From positions 27,973 through 91,972 of IMG/VR virus record IMGVR_UViG_3300046820_002290: a stretch of DNA of 64,000 nucleotides. One strand, given 5' to 3'. Each line of letters opens with the position of its first letter. Within the stretch, counting starts at the first letter, position 1. The stretch comes from a virus. The notes under the pieces are model-generated. The model saw only the letters and a list, made by a program, of their open reading frames with translations, was not told the DNA's origin and did not search any database. Of this stretch, positions 27,770 through 38,900 are shown one piece after another. A program made the translations under genes and the position numbers.

Positions 27770-30700
27770 ATGGCCGGCATCCCCCCGTTTAATTCACAGG
27801 ATCCAATCCCAAACACTCCCTTTTATAACCCTGACGCAAACCGTTATAACCTGTCCTACCCAACAGGACAACTGGTCTTTGGTAGCTATTTGTTTGTAGA
27901 CTACACGACTGGTAACGTATATATTTCCCCCAACCCTCCAAATAACGGTACTGTCCGGCAAGTTACTGCTGGTGCAGGTCTTGAGACATCCCCTGCCTCG
28001 GGTATCACAACTGCTGGAAGCATCGGTCTTAAGGCGATTTCAACTTTAACTCCGGGATCCTACACCTATCCGACCGTGGCGGTGAACGGATATGGTCAAA
28101 TCACCCTGGCCGCTAACGGTAATCCTCCGCTGGTTACCCTGGTAGGCACCGCCCCCATTTACGTTACCGGTACAAACCCGATCCGCAACGTAGGGATCCT
28201 GCAAGCAAGTCTTGCTGCTCCCGGCGCAGTGCAGCTGACGGATGACGTATTTTCGACAAGTACAATCACGGCTCTTACCGCACTCCAGGGATACAGCCTG
28301 GGGTCCCAAATGTCGATCATCGGGTCTTCTTTGGCAGGGCAGTATTTTGCTGGTGCCATCAACCCTGCGACAGGGAATCTCACTTTCGTTTCCCCTGATG
28401 GATTAGCAGCGGGTGGTCTAACAGTTGGAAGTCCTCTTCCTGCTGCCTCAGCAACTTACAAGAAAGCCTACTTCACCATTACAGCAGACGGCACATACAC
28501 ACCCCCTGGCGGTGTTGCCACAGCGGTGGTAAAGAACGACCGTGTTTACTGCATCAACAACACTTGGCAGATTATTCTCTGCGGGCAGCGCCTTGTACCC
28601 GCATCCACCACGGTATTCGGCACAACAGTACTTTCTACCGCTGCTGAAGTCCAAGCTCTCACTGAACCCAACAAATCTGTTACTCCGGCTGGTCTCACCA
28701 TTATGGTAGCTTCGGAGACCCAGGTAGGTTTTGTCGAGCTTGCTACCGACGCTGAGACTCAGGCATTTACCGACAACACTCGTGCAATCACGTCCTCAAA
28801 CCTCGGAACTCTCAATGCAACTACCGCCACTCGTGGACTTGTTCTTCTAAGTGACTCGGTTTCGGACCCGTCGGTGACAAGCGCACCGACCGCAAACGCT
28901 CTGAAGACATATGTTGATTCCTCGCTAGATACTGCCACGGTAACAGCCAAAGGCGATCTGATTGTTGGTCTCGGATTTGAGACCCCCGGTATTCTCCCTC
29001 TGGGCGACAACGGTTCGGTTCTTACCGTTGACGATACCAAGCCCACGCAAGGAAGCATGGACTGGACTAGCCGTGATTCCCTTAACTCCTGGCCCGTAGG
29101 TTCTATTATTTGGCAACTGGCTACCACCCCCCTTGGCGGCGTGTGGATGGAGTGCGACGGTCGCCTTCTCGACGCAAGCATCACAGGGCCTTACTACAAC
29201 CTTTACGAGCTAATCGGTACCACTTACAACCAACCTGGCGACGCTGCTGGTTTCTTCCGAGTTCCTGATCTTCGCGGCATGTTCGTTCGTGGCTGGAGCG
29301 GTGCGGGCCCCAACCCCGTTCCAACGGCTCTCGACCCTGCTCGTACATTTGCCAGCACACAGAGCAGTGCGTACAAGCAGCACCTGCACACGGTCACTGA
29401 TCCTGGTCACATTCACGACTTTGACCTCATTCAGCACCAGCACACGAGCAATTCTTCGACTGTTCAACACCTTCACGGTGCAACTAGCAACCATTCCCAC
29501 AATCTCGACGGATTTCCGAATGCGGAAGTTGTAGGAGATCAAGCGGGATATTACGATGGAAACGCACAGTGGGGGGCCCCTTCGGGACCAAATTCAAACA
29601 GCCCGACAACAGGTATTATTGTTAATAACTCTCTTACCGGTATAACTCTTCAGAGTAAAGTTACAGGTATTACGGTTAACACCGTAACCACCGGCCTCAC
29701 CGTTGACAACTCTCCCCCGACGGCTCCAGTACCTGACGAGACTCGCCCCTACAACATTGCCCTGCTCCCTGTAATCAAGTACGGCAACGTTCCTGCTGGC
29801 CCTACGCCGCCTACGCCAACACCCCCCGTTCCGACTTACGTCGTCAATACAACGCCTACGGCAGCTACCGAAAATACCGTTATCACGACGACCATCACAA
29901 CAGCCAACGTGTCGAATGGCACTACCCTGTACTGGCAAATGTCAGGAACGGGGATCGTTGGCGCATTCTTCACCTCTGGCAGCTTAGTCGGAAGCACCAC
30001 GGTTGCAGCAAATTCCGCCTCGTTCACTCAAACTCTGGCTGCCTCGCTGCCTGGACCGGGCCCTTACACCCTGTCTATCGACATTTACTCCGATTCCGCA
30101 CGCTCCGTGCAGGTGGGTACCACCAGCCTTGTAATCGCGATTACACCTGGCGTAACCCCGAGTACACCTCAACTCGGTTCTTACATCGACCTTTGGCAGT
30201 ATCGAAACACAGACGCTACCTATCCGTTCACAGCAAACAGCGGCCTCAACCCTGTTGTTCGTGCAAGTAACATCTCTGCCAATGCTCTGTCCTTGTTGAA
30301 CAAGTTCTACCTGCTGGCTGAAGTTCAAATCAATGGACTTGACAGCAAGCTTTACTTCGGTGCCCCAACAGGGTTCCCTGCCGCTGCGCAAGTTCTCAAC
30401 GCCGCTGGCACAGACTGGAACACCAACACCGGTAGTGCTAACGGCACCTATGTGAGCCCCACAAACCCTGATTACACCTACTCGGCTTGGGCTCTCAAGA
30501 ACACGAATGCCTACATGGATACCCAGTCGGTCTCTAAGGCTAACTTTATGTTGTCAATCGGCGGTTACAACCTGTCCAATAACATGGACCTGGCAGGTGC
30601 AAGTGTAGCCCAGGCAAATGCCGCCGCTGCTCAAATCGTTACCCTGATGAACCTTTGCGGTGCCAAAGGTGTCGACATTGACTACGAACCGGTGGGCATC

Positions 30701-31426
30701 ACTTGTAACCCTGCGCGTATGGCAACGCTGATGCAAGCCATTTACAACGCTGTCAAGGCTTACAACGCTTCCTACGAGGTTCATCTGACTCTGATTCCGT
30801 CCCTGTCGGTTGCTGACCCTGACCTGAAGATTGCTACCGCAGTCGCCTGCCAAGCTTACGCCGACCAAATCAACGTTATGACTTACGATGATCCTAGTAA
30901 TCTCAGTCAGCCTCTGTATGAACCCGGTGGAGTCACTGTTTACAACCATACTGGCGTAGCCCGCTCGGTTCAAAGTATTCAGTGGTTCATCGACGCCGGT
31001 GTCTCCCGCTCGAAGCTTGGTATGGGTATTGCCCAGTACGGCCGCAATACCTCCAATCCTTCGGCTGCATTCAACGCTGCTAACCCAGTGCCTTACAGCC
31101 AGATTGTTGCCTCGGCAAATGCCGCTGGTCAAATCACAAACTCCTTCCCTCTTGGCCGCTACTTCGGTGCCGTCAAGATTCAAAACCCTGCCCCAACAAA
31201 TCAAACCGACTACTACAGCCCCACTTACACAGCCCTCTGGGGCTTCGACTCGGTGGACACCATCCAAGACAAGGTCGAGTCCGCTTCGGATATGGGTCTC
31301 CGTGCCGTGTTTACCTGGCAGATCTCCAACGACTACGCCGATCCCGCATCGCCGAATCCCCCCGGAGACGCACGAGCCAACTTCGCTCTGCTTGCCGCCG
31401 CCCGCGACGCCATCACGAATCTGTAA
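27770..31426 (+). CDS. Tail fibre with tail-collar domain and C-terminal GH18 glycoside hydrolase
   Basis: PIPNTPFY N-term; collar PVGSII..W..CDG...FRVPDLRGMFVRGW; HxH repeats; GH18 motifs LSIGG, GVDIDYE, INVMTYD, KLGMGIAQYGR, VFTWQISND. Confidence 0.85.
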   Translation: MAGIPPFNSQDPIPNTPFYNPDANRYNLSYPTGQLVFGSYLFVDYTTGNVYISPNPPNNGTVRQVTAGAGLETSPASGITTAGSIGLKAISTLTPGSYTYPTVAVNGYGQITLAANGNPPLVTLVGTAPIYVTGTNPIRNVGILQASLAAPGAVQLTDDVFSTSTITALTALQGYSLGSQMSIIGSSLAGQYFAGAINPATGNLTFVSPDGLAAGGLTVGSPLPAASATYKKAYFTITADGTYTPPGGVATAVVKNDRVYCINNTWQIILCGQRLVPASTTVFGTTVLSTAAEVQALTEPNKSVTPAGLTIMVASETQVGFVELATDAETQAFTDNTRAITSSNLGTLNATTATRGLVLLSDSVSDPSVTSAPTANALKTYVDSSLDTATVTAKGDLIVGLGFETPGILPLGDNGSVLTVDDTKPTQGSMDWTSRDSLNSWPVGSIIWQLATTPLGGVWMECDGRLLDASITGPYYNLYELIGTTYNQPGDAAGFFRVPDLRGMFVRGWSGAGPNPVPTALDPARTFASTQSSAYKQHLHTVTDPGHIHDFDLIQHQHTSNSSTVQHLHGATSNHSHNLDGFPNAEVVGDQAGYYDGNAQWGAPSGPNSNSPTTGIIVNNSLTGITLQSKVTGITVNTVTTGLTVDNSPPTAPVPDETRPYNIALLPVIKYGNVPAGPTPPTPTPPVPTYVVNTTPTAATENTVITTTITTANVSNGTTLYWQMSGTGIVGAFFTSGSLVGSTTVAANSASFTQTLAASLPGPGPYTLSIDIYSDSARSVQVGTTSLVIAITPGVTPSTPQLGSYIDLWQYRNTDATYPFTANSGLNPVVRASNISANALSLLNKFYLLAEVQINGLDSKLYFGAPTGFPAAAQVLNAAGTDWNTNTGSANGTYVSPTNPDYTYSAWALKNTNAYMDTQSVSKANFMLSIGGYNLSNNMDLAGASVAQANAAAAQIVTLMNLCGAKGVDIDYEPVGITCNPARMATLMQAIYNAVKAYNASYEVHLTLIPSLSVADPDLKIATAVACQAYADQINVMTYDDPSNLSQPLYEPGGVTVYNHTGVARSVQSIQWFIDAGVSRSKLGMGIAQYGRNTSNPSAAFNAANPVPYSQIVASANAAGQITNSFPLGRYFGAVKIQNPAPTNQTDYYSPTYTALWGFDSVDTIQDKVESASDMGLRAVFTWQISNDYADPASPNPPGDARANFALLAAARDAITNL

Positions 31427-31429
31427 ACC

Positions 31430-31437
31430 GGGTAAAA
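31430..31437 (+). promoter_or_regulatory. GGGTAAAA putative late promoter
   Basis: Exact motif, 42 nt before start. Confidence 0.7.
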
Positions 31438-31471
31438 CCCCTTAACTTGCCTCCTCAACGATATAACGAAC

Positions 31472-33490
31472 ATGGCCATCGTTCCGTTTAACCCTAATAA
31501 CGAAGTCATCCCGATTCCCAATAACCCGTTTTATTGGCCCCAAGAATCGGCGTTCCAGACCCCGCAAGGTCCCCTTATCTTTGGGGCAGGCTTCTCCGTT
31601 GATTACAATACCGGTGTCGTAAGTGTTGATCCGGCACCTCCGGCGTCCACGGGTACGGTAACTTCTGTTACCGCTGGCGCTGGCTTGATCACAAGTCCTT
31701 TCGCCGGTATTACAACAGTCGGTCAAGTTTCGCTCGCAACTGTCCCCGGCGTTGTTCCCGGAACTTACACTTATGCGGCGTTTAGTGTTGACTCTTATGG
31801 CCGCATCACATCGGCTGCAAGTGGAGTAGCTCCCGTTCAAACACTAAGTGGAATCTACCCAATCAACGTTACTGGAGCTGCGCCCTCCCTTACTGTATCA
31901 ATCGCTGCCGGAACTACCGCAAACGCGGGTGCCGTTCAGCTGGTTGACAACGTAAGCACCCCGTCCAACACACTCGCCCTGACTGCCAACCAAGGGTACC
32001 TTCTTCAAAACCAAATCAACGCAATTGCTGGAACAGCCAACATCCAATTCCTGGCTGGTACTCTCAACGCTGCCACAGGTAATGTTGTTACTGCGACTGC
32101 CGAAGGTAACACCGCAGGCATCTTGGCTGGTAGTCCCCTGCCTGCCGCAAGCGGCACAAACATCGGTGCTACTCTCCTGATTACAACTGCCGCCACCTAC
32201 ACACCTCCTGGCGGTACTGCGGTTAGCGTAGTTCCTGGCGACCAACTCCTGAGCGACGGCACAAACTGGGTTTACTTCCAGACCGGTTTCCGTGCTCCTT
32301 ACGCCACCACCACCACTGCCGGCATCGTTCGTTACGCCACTGTTGCTGAGACACAGGCACTGGCCGATAATACCATTGCCGTGACACCTTTTGGTCTGTC
32401 CGGAATGGTTGCCTCGACCACTCAGCGTGGTTTCGTTGAGTTGGCTGACGCTGCAGAGACTCAACTGCTTGCCGACACCACTCGTGCTGTCACCCCTGCA
32501 GGACTCGGTACTCTTCAGGCTACCACAACTTCTCGCGGTATCGTTCAACTGAATGATACACTGACAAGCACTTCGACCACGCTGGCCCCAACTGCTCGTG
32601 CGCTCAAACAAGCTTTCGATGAGTCGATTCACAATAACATTATTCAAGCTAACGGCGATCTAATCGTTGGCCAAGCTGCTGCAGACCCTCAAATCCTTCC
32701 AAAGGGTTCGAACGGTCAGGTTCTCACGGTAGACAATACCGCTTCCTTGGGTGTATCTTGGCAGACGCCAATCGCCCCTGAGTCCACTCCGGTTGGCTCG
32801 GTGTGCTGGTTCACAACTGATGATCCTGCCAAGCTCCCCGTGGGCTGGTTGGTTGCAGATGGCTCTTCTTACGGTGTTGACTCTTCCAACCCCTACTATC
32901 CGCTGTACCAAGTAATCGGTACAACTTTCACCCCTCCCGCCGATCCTCCGGGAACTTTCCGTGTCCCCGATCTTCGCGGTCAGTTCATTCGTGGTTGGAA
33001 CGACGCCGGCACTCAAGGTCCTGGAAACCTGGATCCCGGTCGTGCTTTTGGCTCCTGTCAAGCAGACGCCTATCAACAGCACTCACACTCGGTAACTGAT
33101 CCTGGCCACATCCACGCGATTACTGATCCGGGCCACAACCACCTTATTACTGATCCTGGGCATACGCACACTGTTACCGATCCCGGTCATAGCCACCAGT
33201 TCAATGTCCCCAACTCCGAAGTTGTGGGCGATCAAGCTGGCTTCTACGACGGTAACAACAAGCGAGGGAACAGAGGTGCGGGCACTACAAACAGCAGTGC
33301 AAATGTTTCTATCAACAACGCAACAACAGGCGTGACAATCAACACCGCTCTCACCGGTATCACCCAAACAATCATCTGCACCACTGGACTCACAGTTAAT
33401 AACTCTCCCGCCAGCGCTCCGGTTCCCAACGAGACTCGTCCTACAAACTTCTCACTACTCCCTATCATCAAGTACCGGGATCCTGTCTGA
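31472..33490 (+). CDS. Tail fibre with tail-collar domain and TDPGHxH repeats
   Basis: Paralog of 27770; collar motif FRVPDLRGQFIRGW; four TDPGHxH repeats; ends ETRPTN. Confidence 0.85.
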   Translation: MAIVPFNPNNEVIPIPNNPFYWPQESAFQTPQGPLIFGAGFSVDYNTGVVSVDPAPPASTGTVTSVTAGAGLITSPFAGITTVGQVSLATVPGVVPGTYTYAAFSVDSYGRITSAASGVAPVQTLSGIYPINVTGAAPSLTVSIAAGTTANAGAVQLVDNVSTPSNTLALTANQGYLLQNQINAIAGTANIQFLAGTLNAATGNVVTATAEGNTAGILAGSPLPAASGTNIGATLLITTAATYTPPGGTAVSVVPGDQLLSDGTNWVYFQTGFRAPYATTTTAGIVRYATVAETQALADNTIAVTPFGLSGMVASTTQRGFVELADAAETQLLADTTRAVTPAGLGTLQATTTSRGIVQLNDTLTSTSTTLAPTARALKQAFDESIHNNIIQANGDLIVGQAAADPQILPKGSNGQVLTVDNTASLGVSWQTPIAPESTPVGSVCWFTTDDPAKLPVGWLVADGSSYGVDSSNPYYPLYQVIGTTFTPPADPPGTFRVPDLRGQFIRGWNDAGTQGPGNLDPGRAFGSCQADAYQQHSHSVTDPGHIHAITDPGHNHLITDPGHTHTVTDPGHSHQFNVPNSEVVGDQAGFYDGNNKRGNRGAGTTNSSANVSINNATTGVTINTALTGITQTIICTTGLTVNNSPASAPVPNETRPTNFSLLPIIKYRDPV

Positions 33491-33511
33491 TTAGCCCGAA
33501 CCCCAAACCAC

Positions 33512-33519
33512 GGGTAAAA
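33512..33519 (+). promoter_or_regulatory. GGGTAAAA putative late promoter
   Basis: Exact motif, 37 nt before start. Confidence 0.7.
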
Positions 33520-33548
33520 CCAGTCAAGCTGAAGATTTGGTCGTCACT

Positions 33549-35867
33549 ATGCCCGCCTTACCCGTTGATTTCGATCCGTACAATCCGATTCCAAACGGAC
33601 CGTTTTACTCCCCCCTAACCTATTACCTGCAAGGTCCGGTTGGCCCTTTGGTAGTTGGTTCGGGTCTGTCCGTCAGTCTGCAAGGTGTAATCAGTGCCAC
33701 CGGTGGTGGCGGTGGTGGTGGCACAGTGACTTCCATCACTGCCGGCCTAGGTCTGACCGGCGGAACCATCACTGGCTCGGGAACTATCAGCCTTGCTCCT
33801 AGCGGCGTGGTCGCTGGCGCTTACACCTACCCTGCGCTTTCGGTAGACTCTTTCGGGCGTATTACGTCCATCATGAGTGGCAGCCCCGTTACCAGCATCT
33901 CTGCTAGCGTTCCCCTGCTTCTGACTGGCTCCCCCACTTCCCCAACTATTTCGATCCAGCCTGCGTCTACTTCGCAAACAGGATCCGTACAACTCAATAA
34001 TACGACCACCAGCACCCTTACCAACCAAGCCCTGACCGCTGCTGCTGGTAAGAGCCTGCAAGATCAAATCAATGCCGTTGCACAAAATGCCAACGGCCTG
34101 GTTCTGGCTGGCACTCTAAACGCTGCTACTGGCAATGTTGCCAACGCAACTACCGCTGGCGTTTCCGCTGGTTTTACCGCTGGTTCCCCTGTTCCCGCTG
34201 CTTCGCCGGCAATCAATGATTACTATGTAATCGTCACCACTGCTGCCGCTTCTTATACTCCGACTGGCGGAGCTACCATCACTGGCGTAAACGTTGGTGA
34301 CTACATCCTGTGCTCCAGCGGCGCTTGGACCATCCTGCGTGTCGGACCCATCACAGGTGCTTACGCCACAACAACCACCGCTGGTGTGGTTGAACTGGCG
34401 ACCTCCGCTGAGGCCATCACCGGTACCGATCCAAACGCAGTTCTGACTCCGTTCACTGGTACTGCTACTTACGTTGCCCGTAAGTGCTTCACCGGTCCTG
34501 GTCAGATTCTGGCAAGTAACGGTAACGCAACTTATGCCGCTCTTGGATCGGGCATTGACGGTCAAGTTTTGACCGCTGACTCTTCCGCTCCCCTCGGCGT
34601 CAAGTGGGCACCTGGTGGTGGTGGTGGTGGTGCCAGCATTAACATGAGCTTCCTGGCTCCGATCACTGGTACTACCAACCCCTACAGTGGTGGCGTCGTG
34701 GCAGTAGGTATCAATACTGCCTCCACAACTGCTCTGGGTGCTGTCCAGCTAGCTGACACTGCCGCCACTCAAGCTGGTGTATCTCCTTCCCTTGTGGTAA
34801 CTTCGCTGGGCGCAGCAAGCACTTACATCCCTTTCTGCGACTTTACGGCAAAAGGTCAACTGATTGTCGCCTCAGGTCCCAATGCTTACGCCATGGAGCC
34901 TCCTGGTGCTGACGGTCTGGCTCTGGTGGCTTGCGCCGCTTGCGCCAATGGCGTTACTTATGCCAACCCTCTGGCTGTTGCGACTCCCTCTACTCTTGGT
35001 GCGTTCAAAGGATTCGCTGCCGGTACCGGTGGCAACCTGTCCCTTGGTGGCTCCGCTCTAGCCGGCATCGGCGCTGGTGTCGCTAACACTGCCCTCGGTG
35101 TTCAATCTGCCACCACCCTTACCACCGGTAACGGTAACACCGTAGTTGGTAATGGCGCTCTTGCTCTTGATACCACCGGTAGCTGCAACGTGGCGATGGG
35201 TGTTTGCGCCCTTTACTCCACTGTTGGCGGCGAAGGTAACACCGCTCTTGGTACCGGCGCTGGCGCCACGATGACCAGCGGTGACTTCAACGTTCTGATT
35301 GGTTTCTGCGCAGGTGACGTAGTAACTACGGGTTGTTACAACATCGCCATCGGTGCCAACGCAATGGGCACCACGGCCACAACCGGTTGCAATAACGTTC
35401 TGGTTGGCTGCGGCGCCGGTAACAACGTCACCACCCAGAGCAATCAGATTGTCATCGGTGCGGGCAACTCCTGCACAACAGGAACCGCAAACGGCGGCGC
35501 AACATTCGCGTTCGGCGGTGGTTGCTCCATCTATGCCGCAGCTCAAGCTGCTGGCACAGCCGTCTGGACTTCTGTGTCCGACCAAAGCCTAAAGGAAGAC
35601 GTTGCTGACTTGGCGCTGGGCCTCGACTTTGTGGGTCAGCTTCAGCCACGCACCTACACCTGGAAGGCAGACGGTGGCAAGTCCGCTGGTTTCATCGCTC
35701 AGGAAGCTGCTGCTGTTGTAGATGCTCACGGCGCCGATTATCTCGGTTTCGTTGACAAGTCTAACGAACTCTGGGGTGTTGGTCCTGCCGCTCTCATTCC
35801 AGTCCTGGTGAATGCCATCAAGGAACTGAAGGCCGAAGTAGATGAACTGAAAGCCAAACTTGGCTGA
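33549..35867 (+). CDS. Tail fibre with C-terminal intramolecular chaperone (peptidase S74)
   Basis: SDQSLKEDV..LGLDFVGQLQPRTYTW..GFIAQE..LIPVLVNAIKEL; NTALG repeats. Confidence 0.85.
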   Translation: MPALPVDFDPYNPIPNGPFYSPLTYYLQGPVGPLVVGSGLSVSLQGVISATGGGGGGGTVTSITAGLGLTGGTITGSGTISLAPSGVVAGAYTYPALSVDSFGRITSIMSGSPVTSISASVPLLLTGSPTSPTISIQPASTSQTGSVQLNNTTTSTLTNQALTAAAGKSLQDQINAVAQNANGLVLAGTLNAATGNVANATTAGVSAGFTAGSPVPAASPAINDYYVIVTTAAASYTPTGGATITGVNVGDYILCSSGAWTILRVGPITGAYATTTTAGVVELATSAEAITGTDPNAVLTPFTGTATYVARKCFTGPGQILASNGNATYAALGSGIDGQVLTADSSAPLGVKWAPGGGGGGASINMSFLAPITGTTNPYSGGVVAVGINTASTTALGAVQLADTAATQAGVSPSLVVTSLGAASTYIPFCDFTAKGQLIVASGPNAYAMEPPGADGLALVACAACANGVTYANPLAVATPSTLGAFKGFAAGTGGNLSLGGSALAGIGAGVANTALGVQSATTLTTGNGNTVVGNGALALDTTGSCNVAMGVCALYSTVGGEGNTALGTGAGATMTSGDFNVLIGFCAGDVVTTGCYNIAIGANAMGTTATTGCNNVLVGCGAGNNVTTQSNQIVIGAGNSCTTGTANGGATFAFGGGCSIYAAAQAAGTAVWTSVSDQSLKEDVADLALGLDFVGQLQPRTYTWKADGGKSAGFIAQEAAAVVDAHGADYLGFVDKSNELWGVGPAALIPVLVNAIKELKAEVDELKAKLG

Positions 35868-35889
35868 GTGCAAATAAAATAAGAAAGAC

Positions 35890-35913
35890 GGGGAGGGAAA
35901 CCTCCCCATTTTT
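35890..35913 (+). terminator. Rho-independent terminator
   Basis: GGGAGG-GAAA-CCTCCC-CA-TTTTTT. Confidence 0.85.
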
Positions 35914-35925
35914 GTAGATAGCAAC

Positions 35926-35933
35926 GGGTAAAA
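35926..35933 (+). promoter_or_regulatory. GGGTAAAA putative late promoter
   Basis: Exact motif just after a terminator. Confidence 0.75.
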
Positions 35934-35958
35934 CCAGTTATACGAACTTGTGGTGACT

Positions 35959-38900
35959 ATGGCGCTTCCGATTCGCCCGAACAACCCAAACATCCCCATT
36001 CCAAACAGCACGTTTTCTTCTCCGTTAAATCTATATGTATCGGGGCCATACTTCCCGGTGGTCATGGGTACGGGAATTGACATCAATAATAATTCCAAAG
36101 TAGCCGACCTCAATAACGCAGGCCTTCTTGAGTTCAACGGGGCTGTCGGAGATGTCAACTTATTAGCAGGCCCCGGAATCGCTGTTACCGAAAACGGCGG
36201 AGACTTTACGATCGACAACATCGGCGTTTTGGGCCTTGTAGCTGGAGGAAACGTCCAGATTTCCGAAAGTAACGGAATATACACAATTAGTGCAAGCGAT
36301 GCTCAAACAGGAACCGTAACTTCTGTTGGCACAGGAGTTGGGCTTACTGGAGGGCCCATCACCACTTCCGGCACAATTTCTCTCGATGTTTCCGGAGTTA
36401 CCGCTGGTTCCTACACCTACCCTAACATCACGGTTGATGCTTACGGTCGTGTTACCGTCGCGTCTAACGGCGTTACTCCCCTAACTGCGATTAACGGCAC
36501 AGCACCTGTTCAAATCACGGGGACTGCCCCGACCCTGAATGTCGCCGTTGCAAATGCAAGCACGGTAGCCCCTGGTGTTGTTCAACTTAACGACACAACC
36601 ACAAGTACCTCTACAACCCAGGCACTCACGGCAGCCCAAGGTAAGAACCTTCAAGATCAAATTGATGCTCTCCCTGGCGGAACTGTTACCAGCGTTACCG
36701 CAGGGACTGGCTTGTCTGGGGGGACGATCACAACGTCTGGAACCATTGACCTGGCAAATACGGCAGTAACCGCAGGTTCATACACAAACGGTTCTTTCAC
36801 AGTAGACGCCCAGGGGCGCCTTACTGCTGCTTCAAGTGGGACTCCCCCCGTCACCGCAGTTACCGGTACTGCTCCGATCGTTTCCACCGGCGGTTCAACT
36901 CCTGCCATTTCTCTTGCCAATACCGCAGTAACTCCTGGATCTTACACCAACGGCTCGTTTACTGTTGACGCTCAGGGGAGACTCACCGCTGCCTCTAGCG
37001 GCACTGCTCCCGTCACCGCAGTAACTGGAACCTCCCCCATAGCAGTAACTGCCGGAGCTACGCCCGTTGTTAGCATCGCTGCAGCCTCAACAACTGCCGC
37101 TGGCGCTGTTCAGCTGAACAACACAACCTCAAGCACGTCTACTTCGCTTGCTTTGACTGCGGCTCAAGGTAAGAGTTTGCAAGATCAAATCACTGCTCTT
37201 TCGGTTTCGTCTAACATTATACTTGGAGGGACATACAACGCCAATACCGGTGTTGTTGACAGCGTGACTGCCCAGGGCACCACTGCTGGACTTGTCGTTG
37301 GAAATGCCCTTCCCGCAGCATCCCCTGCTAACAACGAAATTTTCGTAATCGTTGACGTCCAGGGTTCCACGGGTCCTTCCGGCACTCCTCCGTATCACGT
37401 CGGAGACTGGTACCTGTCTGATGGCACCACCTGGCAGTTCCTTAACGTAGGGTATCAACCAGGTCAGGCCACCACTCTGTCTCAAGGCACGGTGCAGCTT
37501 GCTACGAATGCTCAAGTTCAAGCAGGGACCGACTCCAGCAATGCTGTAGTTTCCTCCTCGCTCCAGAGTAAACTATCCGATAGCGTCTCCACAGTTTCCT
37601 CAACAACTATCGCCTCTAGCACAGCTGTGAAGACAGCCAACGATGCTGCAGCGGCCGCTCAGGGCGACGCAACTCAAGCCCTGGCTGATGCCGCAAGTGC
37701 CCAGGCAACTGCTGACGCCGCACTGCCTCTGGCTGGCGGATCGATGACCGGTGACATCACTTTCAATGCCGGCCAAACTTTCCCAGGCACCGTTGGCGAT
37801 CTCGACTTCCAGGCAAAGGGTGACCTGATTTCTGGGTTCGGGGTTAACTCTTTTGGAATCACAGCGGTAGGTGCAAATGGCCAAGTTCTCTCGGCTAACT
37901 CAGCTTGCGCGTCCGGACTGGAATGGACTACCCCTAGCAGTGGACCTTCCCCCGCGACCCCTACGGTAGCAGGATTGCTGACAGGTTGCGCCGATGGTGT
38001 CCTGAGCACAACTGCAGTCGGTAACAACGCACTCTTGTCCCTGACTAACGGCGTTTGCAACACGGCCATTGGTTTAGACGCCGCTTGCAGCCTTACGACG
38101 GCCTCGGATAACACGGCTTTAGGATCTTCCGCACTTTGCTCAGTCACTACCGAAGGCGAAAACACGGCAGTGGGTGCCCGAGCTTTGATTCTTACCTCCG
38201 GAGGCAGCAACAGTTCTTTAGGCTCACGCGCAGGGCGGTGTATAACAACAGGGTACGGAAACACGGCAGCCGGCAGGTCTGCTCTGGAGTATACTTGTGG
38301 AGGAAACTATAACTCTGGCTTTGGTTTAAGCGCCCTTCGTAATGCTTGCGGTAGCTATAACGCTGCAATAGGTTATCAGGCGGGATACAAGTCCGACGGT
38401 GACTACAACGTCTTCATTGGCGTAGATTCCGGCACTCAACTATTGACAGGTGCTTGCAACATTTTCATCGGTTACAATACGGGTCTCAGCGTAACCAGCG
38501 GGTGTGATAACGTTATCATTGGCCCTAACGTAGACCCGGGCGCAGACGTGAGTCAGTGCTTGTTAATCGGAACCGGAACATACAACTGGCTGAGCGGCGA
38601 CTCCACTGGTGCGGTAAAGCCTGGCGCGGGCGTTATTGATTGCTCAGGGTCGTGCGGAACATCCGGCCAGGTCCTGATGTCCAACGGCAGCAATGCCATT
38701 TGCTGGGGAACAGTGACAAGTTGCCCAGGAACCGTAACTTCAGTCACCGCTGGCACTGGCTTGACTGGAGGAACCATTACCTCTTCTGGAACAGTAGCCC
38801 TCGACACTACTTGTGTTATTCAACCTTCGGCCCTCACCGCAAAAGGCGACATCATCACCGCCACCGCTGCAAGCACACCAACGGCTCTCGGAGTTGGCAC

